From contig CP075492.1 of the NCBI GenBank assembly GCA_021613535.1, positions 7,502,001-7,566,000 on the forward strand: 64,000 bases of DNA, given 5' to 3'. A model generated the notes under the pieces. The model saw only the letters and a program-made list of their open reading frames with translations. It had not been told where the DNA came from and made no database searches. The DNA comes from Adineta vaga (taxonomy: Eukaryota > Animalia > Rotifera). The stretch's first letter is position 1. The number at the start of each line of letters is the position of its first letter. Position numbers and translations under genes: made by a program. This document shows, piece after piece, positions 15,262 through 26,291 of the stretch.

Positions 15262-15759
15262 CTAGGAAGATTGCTTGGATAAATTATAATCTTGTTCAGT
15301 CATGAGCAATTTTAGATTATTATCTCCATCTTTTAATGATGGAATCAAAATTCCTAGATAACCTTCACTTAGCGGTTTTTGTTGAAGTAAATCAGGTGTT
15401 TTAATAATTTCATCATTCAATTCAACTAAACGTCCTTTGATACTTGCACAAATCGTAAATGTTTGTTCATTATCACATTTAATTCGATACAATAATTTAT
15501 TTGGTTGAACATAATCAGCTCCACGTTTTGATTTACCACTCATGGATTGATTAACACTTGCAAGTGATTCGATGGAAGTAATTTTCAAAGGATTTGTAAG
15601 AATGGGATGTCGTTCCGAAAGCATCAATACACAAACATGATTGGAATGAACAAGAACAAGTGTATCATTATTAATTTCATTATGAACATTCGTACGATAA
15701 TATTTTGTATAATATCGTTCTATAACACTCGGATATTTGATACGTTTTGCTAAAGACAT
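15262..15759 (-). CDS. ABITRAM: Protein Abitram (FAM206A/Simiate; glycine-cleavage-H-like fold)
   Basis: YPSVIERYY, HSNHVCV..L...HPI, SGKSKRGA, GRLVELN and P.SEGYLGI. Confidence 0.85.
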   Translation of the reverse strand: MSLAKRIKYPSVIERYYTKYYRTNVHNEINNDTLVLVHSNHVCVLMLSERHPILTNPLKITSIESLASVNQSMSGKSKRGADYVQPNKLLYRIKCDNEQTFTICASIKGRLVELNDEIIKTPDLLQQKPLSEGYLGILIPSLKDGDNNLKLLMTEQDYNLSKQSS

Positions 15760-15876
15760 ATTGCCTTTCTTTGATTGAGAAAAAAAGATGATGTAAACAT
15801 ATTGCGAATATTATACTTTCTTTCATTGGTGGAGTTATTGTAACCAATAATATAGCCGAGAAAATATATCATCTGA

Positions 15877-16276
15877 ACATGAATTCTTTCTTCGGTCGGC
15901 TCGATGTTTTCCATTATTAGAATTTTTAAATTTTGCGTATGGTGAAGCACAACAAAAGATCTTAGTTGAATCCCAGCATAACGATAATATATTATTTGAG
16001 ATTGCTGAATCTTCTCATCTTACAACACTTGACTTTGGTCGTGTACATATTGATTATGTTGAACAAATGTTAAATGAATCAAAAACACGATTACCTTGTT
16101 TAACAGAGATTTGGGTTCATTTTGATGATTTGAAGAGATGCAACAAGAATCAATTGTTTGAATTTGAAAAATTTGGTTACTCACCACTCCTCCAACAACA
16201 ATAACGATGATGATGTCGACTTCTTGAAAAGGCAATCTCCAGATTTCTATCGTTATTTCCCATCGTTAAAACTTTA
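15877..16276 (+). pseudogene. Orphan 3' fragment of the F-box gene
   Basis: Matches 20267-20690 (EHEFFLR...RYFPSLKL*) with a 23-bp deletion; the 5' part is absent. Confidence 0.9.
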
Positions 16277-16510
16277 ATGTATTGTGAATATTTAAATGTA
16301 TGAAAATAAAATTAAGAGGATGACCTCTATTATTTGCTGAAATGAGTTGCTTTTAAAAGATTATTTTTTTGTGATTATTTGAGCGAGAAATAGTGAATCG
16401 TGTGGGAAATCGTTAAGAACATATGGATAATAAAAGATATTTAATAGATTATATGTTACCTTTTTATCTATGAGAAAAACAAACGAAATGCTTTTCTTTT
16501 CTAATATAAA

Positions 16511-17787
16511 GTGGTGCAGATAGTTGTTGAATATGTTGGACATTGATGAGATTTGCTATGCAAATTCTTGATCGTGTTTTACATGGTTTGTTTTAATGAT
16601 GGAAAGAAAAGATTAAATGAAAACTTTGTTTTTTTTCTAAAGAGGATTTTGGATTTAAACATCGTCTATGGATTTATTCTGGTCGTCGTGGTGTTCATTG
16701 TTGGGTTTGTGATCAAACAGCTCGTGAATTACAATCAACTATTCGTCAAGCTATTGTTGAATATTTAACTGTTATTTCTGTAAGTTAATTTTCTTTTCCA
16801 ATTAATAATTCCATTTGATTTATTTAGGGTGGAAAAGATTCTTCAAAACGTGTAACACTTTATACACCATTACATCCATCACTTCAGTGAGGAAGAGAGC
16901 ATCTTGTGTTTGATGAAATTTAACTTTTTGTATATTTATAGAAAAGCTCGTGAAATAATTTTAACAGAATTCGATGGATATTCTTGTTTAGAACAAGATT
17001 TTCTTGGAGATGATCAACGAACTGAACGATTTCTTCGACTTGTTCCTGATGATAATATCCTTTTTTCGATTAAATTTGAGATACGAAATTTATTATTGAA
17101 AAAAAAAGGATTTTTTCTTTTCATTTCTATTTCTTCTTTAAAATAATTCTTCTTCATTTAAATTTAGTATCGTAAAGCTGCTTATATAACATTAGTTGAT
17201 GAAATAATGTTTGAATATTGTTATCCACGTCTTGATGGTAATGTAACAAAAGGAATGAAGCATTTACTTAAATCTCCATATTCAATTCATCCAAAAACTG
17301 GTCGTATATCAATACCAATTCCATTAGAATCTTTAGCTTATTTTGATCCATGTAAAGAAGATAATGTTCCGAATTTGAATGAATTATGTCAACAAGTGGA
17401 ACAAATACCAAAACAAAATGAAGATATGGAAAATGGAGGAAAATTAAATTCAAAACAAAAAGATTATAATCAAACAGCTCTAAAATCATTTATTGATTTT
17501 TCTTCTCGTTTCGTTCAACGTGCACAAACGAGTAAACAAGATGAAACTTTAGCGAAAACTGGTACGTGATTTGTAAAGAATTGTTCTTCTTTCTTTTAAA
17601 TCAATGCTGTCAGGCGAAATTTAATTCAAGAATAAAAACGTCAGATAGATTATTTTTCCTCTTTATTGTAATGATAATGATAAGACATGTGTGATAAAAC
17701 TATGTATCTTTATTTAATTAAAAATTAAATAAATAGGATGTTGTTGAAGTACAAGGAGAAACTGTTCTTACTGATGATCAATTCTAA
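16511..17787 (+). pseudogene. PRIM1: DNA primase small subunit pseudogene, copy 1 (5'-truncated, one exon deleted)
   Basis: C*ICWTLMRFAMQILD, DFGFKHRLWIYSGRRGVHCWVCD and YPRLD.NVTK...HLLKSPYSIHPKTGRIS. Has an in-frame TGA and a 132-bp deletion. Confidence 0.9.
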
Positions 17788-17856
17788 CTTCGACTGATAG
17801 AAGAGATAAATGGTAAGAACTTTGAACCATAACAATGACTTCTTTTTTTCTCAGTA

Positions 17857-17994
17857 GTGTAAAACACGAAAGTTGAATTCAACTATTCAACTTTTCCATT
17901 TCTCACACACCCTCCGAAACACCTTCACCCTGCCTTGCCCCTCATCACCCTTCACCTCAAATGGATAGTTGAATTCAACTTTCAAGTATTACAT
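17857..17994. mobile_element. MITE-like element A (unit 1)
   Basis: ~30-bp imperfect terminal inverted repeats: GTGTAAAACACGAAAGTTGAATTCAACTAT / ATAGTTGAATTCAACTTTCAAGTATTACAT. Confidence 0.7.
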
Positions 17995-18006
17995 TTATGA
18001 TTGTGG

Positions 18007-18177
18007 GCAGGTGGGTATAACACTTATAACATTTTAGCGAAGTCAGTTACAGACTCGAGATCTTCATTGTTCAAAAGAAAGTATCGCAATACGCTACAGA
18101 TCACTTCCTACGGATGATGAAAGACCCAGGCCTCTTATTATCTTGACTAAAATGTTATAAGCGTTATACCCACCTGC
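18007..18177. mobile_element. MITE-like element B (unit 1)
   Basis: 31-bp terminal inverted repeats with one mismatch: GCAGGTGGGTATAACACTTATAACATTTTAG / CTAAAATGTTATAAGCGTTATACCCACCTGC. Confidence 0.8.
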
Positions 18178-18845
18178 ATTTTTTTTATTCCGATAGTAAT
18201 TAGAAAATCAATGAGAATTCATTTAGACCGAATGCACACTAAAAACACCAATTTTCATCAAATTGTCTAATATAATAACTGTCGTTGTAAAAAAGCGTCA
18301 ATAATGTTATTCAACTCAACTTTGTTTTGAATTCACTTTCTCTGCTTTATTGGCCCTAAATCTATAGGTTTAATTCAAGAATTTTATCATTCGATAAATT
18401 CTATGTAAACTTCTGTATTCTAACAATGAAACTACATAATGTCATATCATTCATAAAACTGTGCTTATGTCAAACGATTTTTCTTTCACAACAAATGTTA
18501 CGTTTCGATCTTTTTTTCCACATTCCAAACTCAACTAAACATTCATGTCAACTCTAGGAAATCAAAAACATAATCACCCATATAACCGAAAAGAATAATT
18601 TTCTATATTTCGTAGAGATTTACAAAAGAAAATGTTGCCATTTCAAACAGTATTCCTAATTCCTAATTGCGAATGCAATTGAAATGACATACATTGTTGG
18701 CAATGAATCATTTCTTTTCTTTCCCTCAGTTCAATATACGTAACCAATCAATAATTCGATTGAACACATTCATATCTGAGTTATATTTTCTTCGACGAGG
18801 TCATGTTTAAATATATATATATATATATGCAATCTCTGACTGATC

Positions 18846-20690
18846 ATGAACACGCTAGACAAATCCAAGAAGGGAACGCAACAAAAGAGTATATCCTCTT
18901 TCCGAATAGCATTATACCGAATAGAAGCAAACATGAATTATCGTACTGATATTCATCTATTAGATCTGCCTGTCGAGATACTTTTCAATATCTTAAAAAG
19001 ACTAAACAATTTGGATGTTCTTTATTCATTGATAGGAGTTAAAGGACTCGATTGTTTGGCACGAAATGAAATTTTTACAAATACTCTGAGTTTTGGGTCC
19101 ACTGATGGTGGCGAAGATTCTGCTATTGATGAAACAAAATTAAATCGATTTTGTGATTCCATATTACCTCAAATTCACAACGATGTTAAATCTCTTGTTT
19201 GTGATGCAAAACTCATTGATCGTATTTTACGTGCTGGTGTTTATCTCAACCTCACTCAACTCAAAATAACTGGATATCTTGATAATACTTTTCCCGATAT
19301 TTGTACAGGTAAAACAACTCGATATCTACGAAAGTGCAAGGAATCCATGAGAATATTTGTTTATCTTTAGATCAGTTACTTCTCCGATCTAGCTTCAAAA
19401 CACAAATCACGAATCTTACATTACTCACTAAGTACAATAGAGACGTAAAACCTATTGATGAAACAACAAATGTATTTATAAAAGTGGTTGATTTTTTTGA
19501 AAATCTAAATCATCTGGATTTTATTGGATCATTTTACAGTACACAACCCATTTTCTCATTCATTGATCTACCACTCTCGACTCGTTTTTCTTCAAATTTA
19601 ACTAAACTATCTATTAAAGTGAATAGTTTGGGAGATTGTTTTTATTTACTTGATGGTCGTCTCATGCAGTTGTCCTCATTTATTGTCATTATTGAGGAAG
19701 ATGAAGATTATTCACCAATGGAATTTAATGAAGTAAGTATCGAAAAGTGAATATTGTTTGTATCTTTCACTTTCAATTATGAATCTTTTTTCCATCTAGA
19801 ATAATCTCAATCATTTGAAATGTTTTTCATTAACATCTAAATCTATAACGAATGAATATAATAATCAAATTGTACCTCTTCTTCGTCGAATGTTAAATCT
19901 TCAAGACTTAACACTATATCTTCAAATCAAAAAACGACATCGAATTGTCGATGGCATTCAACTTGAGAATGATATTCTTAGTCATTTATCAAAACTGCAA
20001 AGATTTGTCTTTTACATAAGTACTGGATTGATTTCTGAACACTCTTTTACTCGTTTATCGAATGATGATATTCAACGAACTTTTACGAACTTCAAATTTG
20101 GAGAAGTTGGCTGGACGATGAACGATCTCAATAGATGTCTGATCAGATATCATATCTTTTCACTTCCATATAAATTCTATTCGATAGAAGCTGTTGGTAA
20201 TCAATTCACGAATACAATCTATAAAAATGTTACTGCTGTATGGGTATCTGATAGTATTTCATTTGAACATGAATTCTTTCTTCGATTGGCTCGATGTTTT
20301 CCATCATTAAGATATTTAAATTTTGCGTATGGTGAAGCACAACAAAAGATCTCAGTTGAATCCCAGCATAACGATAATATATTATTTGAGATTGTTGAAT
20401 TTCCTCATCTTAAAACAGTTATCTTTGGTCGTGTACATATTGATTATGTTGAAGAAATGTTAAATGAATCAAAAACACGATTACCTTGTTTAACGGAGAT
20501 TTGGGTTCATTTTGATGATTTGAAGAGTGTAACAAATAATTTTACAAGAGATGCAACAAGAATCAATTGTTTGAATTTGAAAAATTTGGTTACTCACCAC
20601 TCCTCCAATAACAATAACGATGATGATGTCGATTTCTTGAAAAGGCAATCTCCAGATTTCTATCGTTATTTCCCATCGTTAAAACTTTAA
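18846..20690 (+). CDS. F-box domain protein (lineage-expanded type), 3 exons; the only intact copy in the array
   Basis: HLLDLPVEILFNILKRLNNLDVLYSL F-box. Introns at ~19309-19370 and ~19733-19799 join ORFs 18846, 19334 and 19815. Confidence 0.8.
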
Positions 20691-21044
20691 TGTATTGTGA
20701 ATATTTAAATGTATGAAAATAAAATTAAGAGGATGACCTCTATTAGTTGCTGAAATGAGTTGCTTTTAAAAGATTATTTTTTTGTGATTATTTGAGCGAG
20801 AAATAGTGAATCGTGTGGGAAATCGTTAAGAACATATGGATAATAAAAGATATTTAATAGATTATATGTTACCTTTTTATCTATGAGAAAAACAAAAGAA
20901 ATGATTGTTTATATGACGTATCTCCTAAAAACCACATTGAATATTTTGATAGATCAGATCGTCGCGAATATTTTAAGCTGAAAAAATGTTTTGCCAGTGA
21001 TGGACGTCGAGTTAACGATTAGGAATAGAATATCTCTTTGACAG

Positions 21045-22599
21045 CCATATCTTTGAAATGTGATTTTGCAATGAAGAACGTGAACTTGTCTTCGATATTG
21101 ATATGACAGATTATGATGATGTATGATTTTGTTGTCGGGAAAAATTTCATAATAGCAAAAGAAAATGAAATGCTTTTCTTTTCTAATATAAAGTGGTGCA
21201 GATAGTTGTTGAATATGTTGGACATTGATGAGATTTGCTATGCAAATTCTTGATCGTGTTTTACATGGTTTGTTTTAATGATGGAAAGAAAAGATTAAAT
21301 GAAAACTTTGTTTTTTTTCTAAAGAGGATTTTGGATTTAAACATCGTCTATGGATTTATTCTGGTCGTCGTGGTGTTCATTGTTGTGTTTGTGATCAAAC
21401 AGCTCGTGAATTACAATCAAGTATTCGTCAAGCTATTGTTGAACATTTAACTGTTATTTCTGTAAGTTAATTTTCTTTTCCAATTAATAATTCCATTTGA
21501 TTTATTTAGGGTGGAAAAGATTCTTCAAAACGTGTAACACTTTATACACCATTACATCCATCACTTCAGTGAGGAAGAGAGCATCTTGTGTTTGATGAAA
21601 TTTAACTTTTTGTATATGTATCGAAAAGCCGGTGAAACAATTTTAACAGAATTCGATGGATATGCTTGTTTAGAACAAGATTTTCTTGGAGATGATCAAC
21701 GAACTGAACGATTTCTTCGACTTGTTCCTGATGATAGTATCCTTTTTTCGATTAAATTGGAGATACGGAATTTTTTATTGAAAAAGGATTTTTTCTTTTT
21801 ACGTCGACAAACATTACGAGAAATATTTCCGCAATTAACCACATCAGCTGAACCATGGGCTGCATTTAAACAACATACAGATGCAGTGATTCATTCAGTT
21901 ACATCAACAAACAAAGTAAGTTTTTTCTTTTCATTTCTGTTTCTTCTTTAAAATAATTCTTCTTCATTTAAATTTAGTATCGTAAAGCTGCTTTATATAA
22001 CATTAGTTGATGAAATAATGTTTGAATATTGTTATCCACGTCTTGATGTTAATGTAACAAAAAGAATGAATCATTTGCTTAAATCTCCATATTCAATTCA
22101 TGCAAAAACTGGTCGTATATCAATACCAATTCCATTAGAATCTTTAGCTTATTTTGATCCATGTAAAGAAGATTGTGTTCCGAATTTGAATGAATTATGT
22201 CAACAAGTGGAACAAATACCAAAACAAAATGAAGATATGGAAAATGGAGGAAAATTAAATTCAAAACAAAAAGATTATAATCAAACAGCTCTAAAATCAT
22301 TTATTGATTTTTCTTCTCGTTTCGTTCAACGTGCACAAACGAGTAAACAAGATGAAACTTTAGCGAAAACTGGTACGTGATTTGTAAAGAATTGTTCTTC
22401 TTTTTTTTTAAATCAATGCTGTCAGGAGAAATTTAATTCAAGAATAAAAACGTCAGATAGATTATTTTTCCTCTTTATTGTAATGATAATGATAAGACAT
22501 GTGTGATAAAACTATGTATCTTTATTTAATTAAAAATTAAATAAATAGGATGTTGTTGAAGTACAAGGAGAAACTGTTCTTACTGATGATCAATTCTAA
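21045..22599 (+). pseudogene. PRIM1: DNA primase small subunit pseudogene, copy 2 (5'-truncated)
   Basis: ERELVFDIDMTDYDDV*FCC (catalytic DxD motif followed by a nonsense codon), a second TGA shared with copy 1, SGRRGVHC, and YPRLDVNV..HLLKSP. Confidence 0.9.
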
Positions 22600-22668
22600 C
22601 TTCGACTGATAGAAGAGATAAATGGTAAGAACTTTGAACCATAACAATGACTTCTTTTTTTCTCAGTA

Positions 22669-22806
22669 GTGTAAAACACTAAAGTTGAATTCAACTATTC
22701 AACTTTTCCATTTCTCACACACCCTCCGAAGCACTTTCACCCTGCCTTGCCCCTCATCACCCTTCACCTCAAATGGATAGTTGAATTCAACTTTCAAGTA
22801 TTACAT
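22669..22806. mobile_element. MITE-like element A (unit 2)
   Basis: Duplicate of 17857-17994. Confidence 0.7.
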
Positions 22807-22818
22807 TTATGATTGTGG

Positions 22819-22989
22819 GCAGGTGGGTATAACACTTATAACATTTTAGCGAAGTCAGTTAGAGACTCGAGATCTTCATTGTTCAAAAGAAAGTATCGCA
22901 ATACGCTACAGATCATTTCTTACGGACGATGAAAGACCCAGGCCTCTTATTATCTTGACTAAAATGTTATAAGCGTTATACCCACCTGC
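22819..22989. mobile_element. MITE-like element B (unit 2)
   Basis: Duplicate of 18007-18177. Confidence 0.8.
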
Positions 22990-23660
22990 ATTTTTTTTTA
23001 TTCCGATAGTAATTAGAAAATCAATGAGAACTCATTTAGACCGAATGCACACTAAAAAACACCAATTTTCATCAAATTGTCTAATATAATAACTGTCGTT
23101 GTAAAAAAGCGTCAATAATGTTATTCAACTCAACTTTGTTTTGAATTCACTTTCTCTGCTTTATTGGCCCTAAATCTATAGGCTTAATTCAAGAATTTTA
23201 TCATCCGATAAATTCTATGTAAACTTCTGTATTCTAACAATGAAACTACATCATGTCATATCATTCATAAAACTGTTCTTATGTCAAATGATTTTCTCTT
23301 TCACAACAAATGTGACATTTTGATCTTTTTTTCCACATCCCAAACTCAACTAAACATTCATGTCAACTCTAGGAAATCAAAAAGATAATCAACCATATAA
23401 CCGAAAAGAATAATTTTCTATATTTCGTAGAGATTTACAAAAGAAAATGTTGCAATTTCAAACAGTATTCCCAATTCCTAATTGCGAATGCAATTGAAAT
23501 GACATACATTTTTAGCAATGAATCATTTCTTTTCTTTCCCTCAGTTGAATATACGTATCCAATCAATAATTCGATTGAACACATTCATATCTGAGTTATA
23601 TTTTCTTCGACGAGGTCATGTTTAAATATATATATATATATATGCAATCTCTGACTGATC

Positions 23661-25082
23661 ATGAACACGCTAGACAAATCGAAGAAGAGAACGCAACAAA
23701 AGAGTATATCCTCTTTACGAATAGCATTATACCGAATAGAAGCAAACATGAATTATCGTACTGATATTCATCTATTAGATCTGCCTGTCGAGATACTTTT
23801 CAATATCTTAAAAAGACTAAACAATTTGGATGTTCTTTATTCATTGATAGGAGTTAAAGGACTCGATTGTTTGGCACGAAATGAAATTTTTACAAATACT
23901 CTGAGTTTTGCGTCGACTGATGGTGGCCAAGATTCTGCTATTGATGAAACAAAATTAAATCGATTTTGTGATTCTATATTACCAGAAATTCACAACGATG
24001 TTAAATCTCTTGTTTGTGATGCAAAACTCATTGATCGTATTTTACGTGCTGGTGTTTATCTCAACCTCACTCAACTCAAAATAACTGGATATCTTGATAA
24101 TACTTTTCCCGATATTTGTACAGGTATAATAACTCGATATCTACAAAAGTGCAAGGAATCCATGAGAATATTTTTTTTATCTTTAGATTAATTACTTTTT
24201 CGATCTCATTTCAAAACACAAATCACAAATCTTACATTACTTACTGAGTACGATAGAGACGTAAAACCTATTGATGAAACAACAAATGTATTTTTAAAAG
24301 TGGTTGATTTTTTTGAAAATCTAAATCATCTGGATTTTATTGGATCATTTTACAGTATACAACCCATTCTCTCATCCATTGATCTACCACTCTCAACTCG
24401 CTTTTCTTCAAATTTAACTAAACTGTCTATTAAAGTGAATAGTTTGGGAGATTGTTTTTATTTACTTGATGGTCGTCTCATGCAATTGTCTACATTTATT
24501 GTCATTATTGAGGAAGATGAAGATTATTCACCAATGGAATTTAATGAAGTAAGTATCGAAAAGTGAATATTGTTTGTATCTTTCACTTTCAATTATGAAT
24601 CTTTTTTCCATCTAGAATAATCTCAATCATTTGAAATGTTTTTCATTAACATCTAAATCTATAACGAATGAATATAATAATCAAATTGTACCTCTTCTTC
24701 GTCGAATGTTGAATCTTCAAGACTTAACACTATATCTTCAAATCAAAAAACGAAATCGAATTGTCGATGGCATTCAACTTGAGAATGATATTCTTTGTCA
24801 TTTATCAAAACTGCAAAGATTTGTCTTTTACATAAGTACTGGATTGATTTCTGAACACTCTTTTACTCGTTTATTGAATGATGATATTCAACGAACTTTT
24901 ACGAACTTCAAATTTGGAGAAGTTGGTTGGACAATGAACGATCTCAATAGATGTCTGATCAGATATCATATCTTTTCACTTCCATATAAATTTTATTCGA
25001 TAGAAGCTGTTGGTAATCAATTCACGAATACAATTTATAAAAATGTTACTTCTGTATGGGTATCTGATGGTATTTCATTTGA
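23661..25082 (+). pseudogene. F-box gene copy 2, with a nonsense codon and 3' truncation
   Basis: Exon 2 begins with TAA (24189-24191) where copy 1 has CAG. Homology ends at 25082. Confidence 0.85.
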
Positions 25083-25146
25083 GATATCAATTTGCTTGTC
25101 ATACTGTAGAATTTTAATCAAATTTGATATAGTTTTTTTTTTCAAG

Positions 25147-25934
25147 ATGTTTCTTTACTTTTGTTTTCTACCGTTAGTAGTCGTAGTTGATCATCGTCAA
25201 TCTGTTAATGCATCTGTATCTTATACGACTTGGTTCAAAGAAGTTAATCAGACAGATTTATATCAGTTGCGAATGAAGGAACCGACAATTGTCGTTTTTG
25301 GTGAATTCACTGGATTAAAATCAGCTTTTATTGGAACACGTGGTCAACGTGCTCGTACACAATCAGGAACAATTCAAGATGCATTTCTTTCAATGATACA
25401 ATTTTATGAGAGACAAATGACTTTTTATTCAAATAAATACTCAAATATTCCTATTAAAAACACGCTCGAACTAGCATTGAGCGATGTAATATGGCGAGCA
25501 TTTGATCAAACGTTTTCATGTTTATGCACTTAATAATAGTTTAATTGCTACAATTAATACCAGGAAAACTTGAAGATAATCGGATAATTCAACCTAGTAA
25601 TTTGTGTATAGCAATTTGTTTAGATGCATTTTGTTCAAATGCTTTATCATATCTTGATTCTCAAAACTGTACCATACTTATTCAACGTTCATTTAAGAAT
25701 AGAAAACTATCAAATATTCGAGTTGATTGAAGTGATGTTCAACAACTTGGAAAATTCCAAACATTGACACTATCAAAATGGACACGCGATGATCCAAGAG
25801 AAGGAAATTTAACAAAATCACAACGAGAACAATTACTTCATCAATATGTTTTGGAACTAGCTTCTAATTCCAAATTAGAATATGAAAATAAATATGCAGA
25901 TAGTGTCATTTGGATTGACACGAAGAAGAAATAA
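25147..25934 (+). pseudogene. Decayed secreted carbon-nitrogen hydrolase (nitrilase superfamily)-like gene
   Basis: Signal-like N-terminus, IVVFGEFTGL (catalytic Glu motif) and IAICLDAF (nucleophile Cys motif). Frameshift or deletion at ~25530-25555 and a TGA at 25728; the reading frame continues to 25934. Confidence 0.5.
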
Positions 25935-26291
25935 TTTTTTTAGCAATACTATGTTGTTTTATTCATATCTATTGAATTAATATACAAATTGAAATTAAGA
26001 AATATCAGAACAAGGTAAAATACACAATTGCGAACATCAATCAAATGACTCTCGACGACTGGTTGACCTCTCATACCAATACCACCCTATAAATATAAAT
26101 ATTTTCTTTCTTTTCTACAACAAGGGTAATGCTACGACGATATTTTTCTTGTTCTTTATCGTTTGTATGTAAGACAAGAGAAAAATAGAAGTTTGCACTT
26201 TTCTTCTCTTATATGTATATATACATTGATTGTATTATTTTTTCTTTCTCTTCATTCATACTGTCGGTAGTAGAAACGATATGTATACAGT

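Larger units (their letters stand above)
15865..25082 (+). repeat. Two-unit tandem segmental repeat, circularly permuted (unit 1 15877-20266, 4390 bp; unit 2 20267-25082, 4816 bp)
   Basis: The two copies are near-identical. Order within each unit is F-box 3' end / PRIM1 3' part / MITEs / F-box 5' part. Both array ends map to the same TCATTTGA site in the F-box gene. Confidence 0.95.

Noticed and set aside
15865-25082. Repeat unit as an autonomous primase-encoding mobile element or Helitron
   Set aside because: The primase is an intron-containing host PRIM1 relic with stop codons. I found no Rep/helicase, transposase, TIRs or Helitron-type CTRR/hairpin ends at the unit junctions.
24631-25533. 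300-aa ORF that looks like a novel F-box/hydrolase fusion
   Set aside because: It is a read-through across the insertion junction at 25082. The upstream exon has a TAA at 24189 and the downstream gene is broken, so a functional fusion is unlikely.
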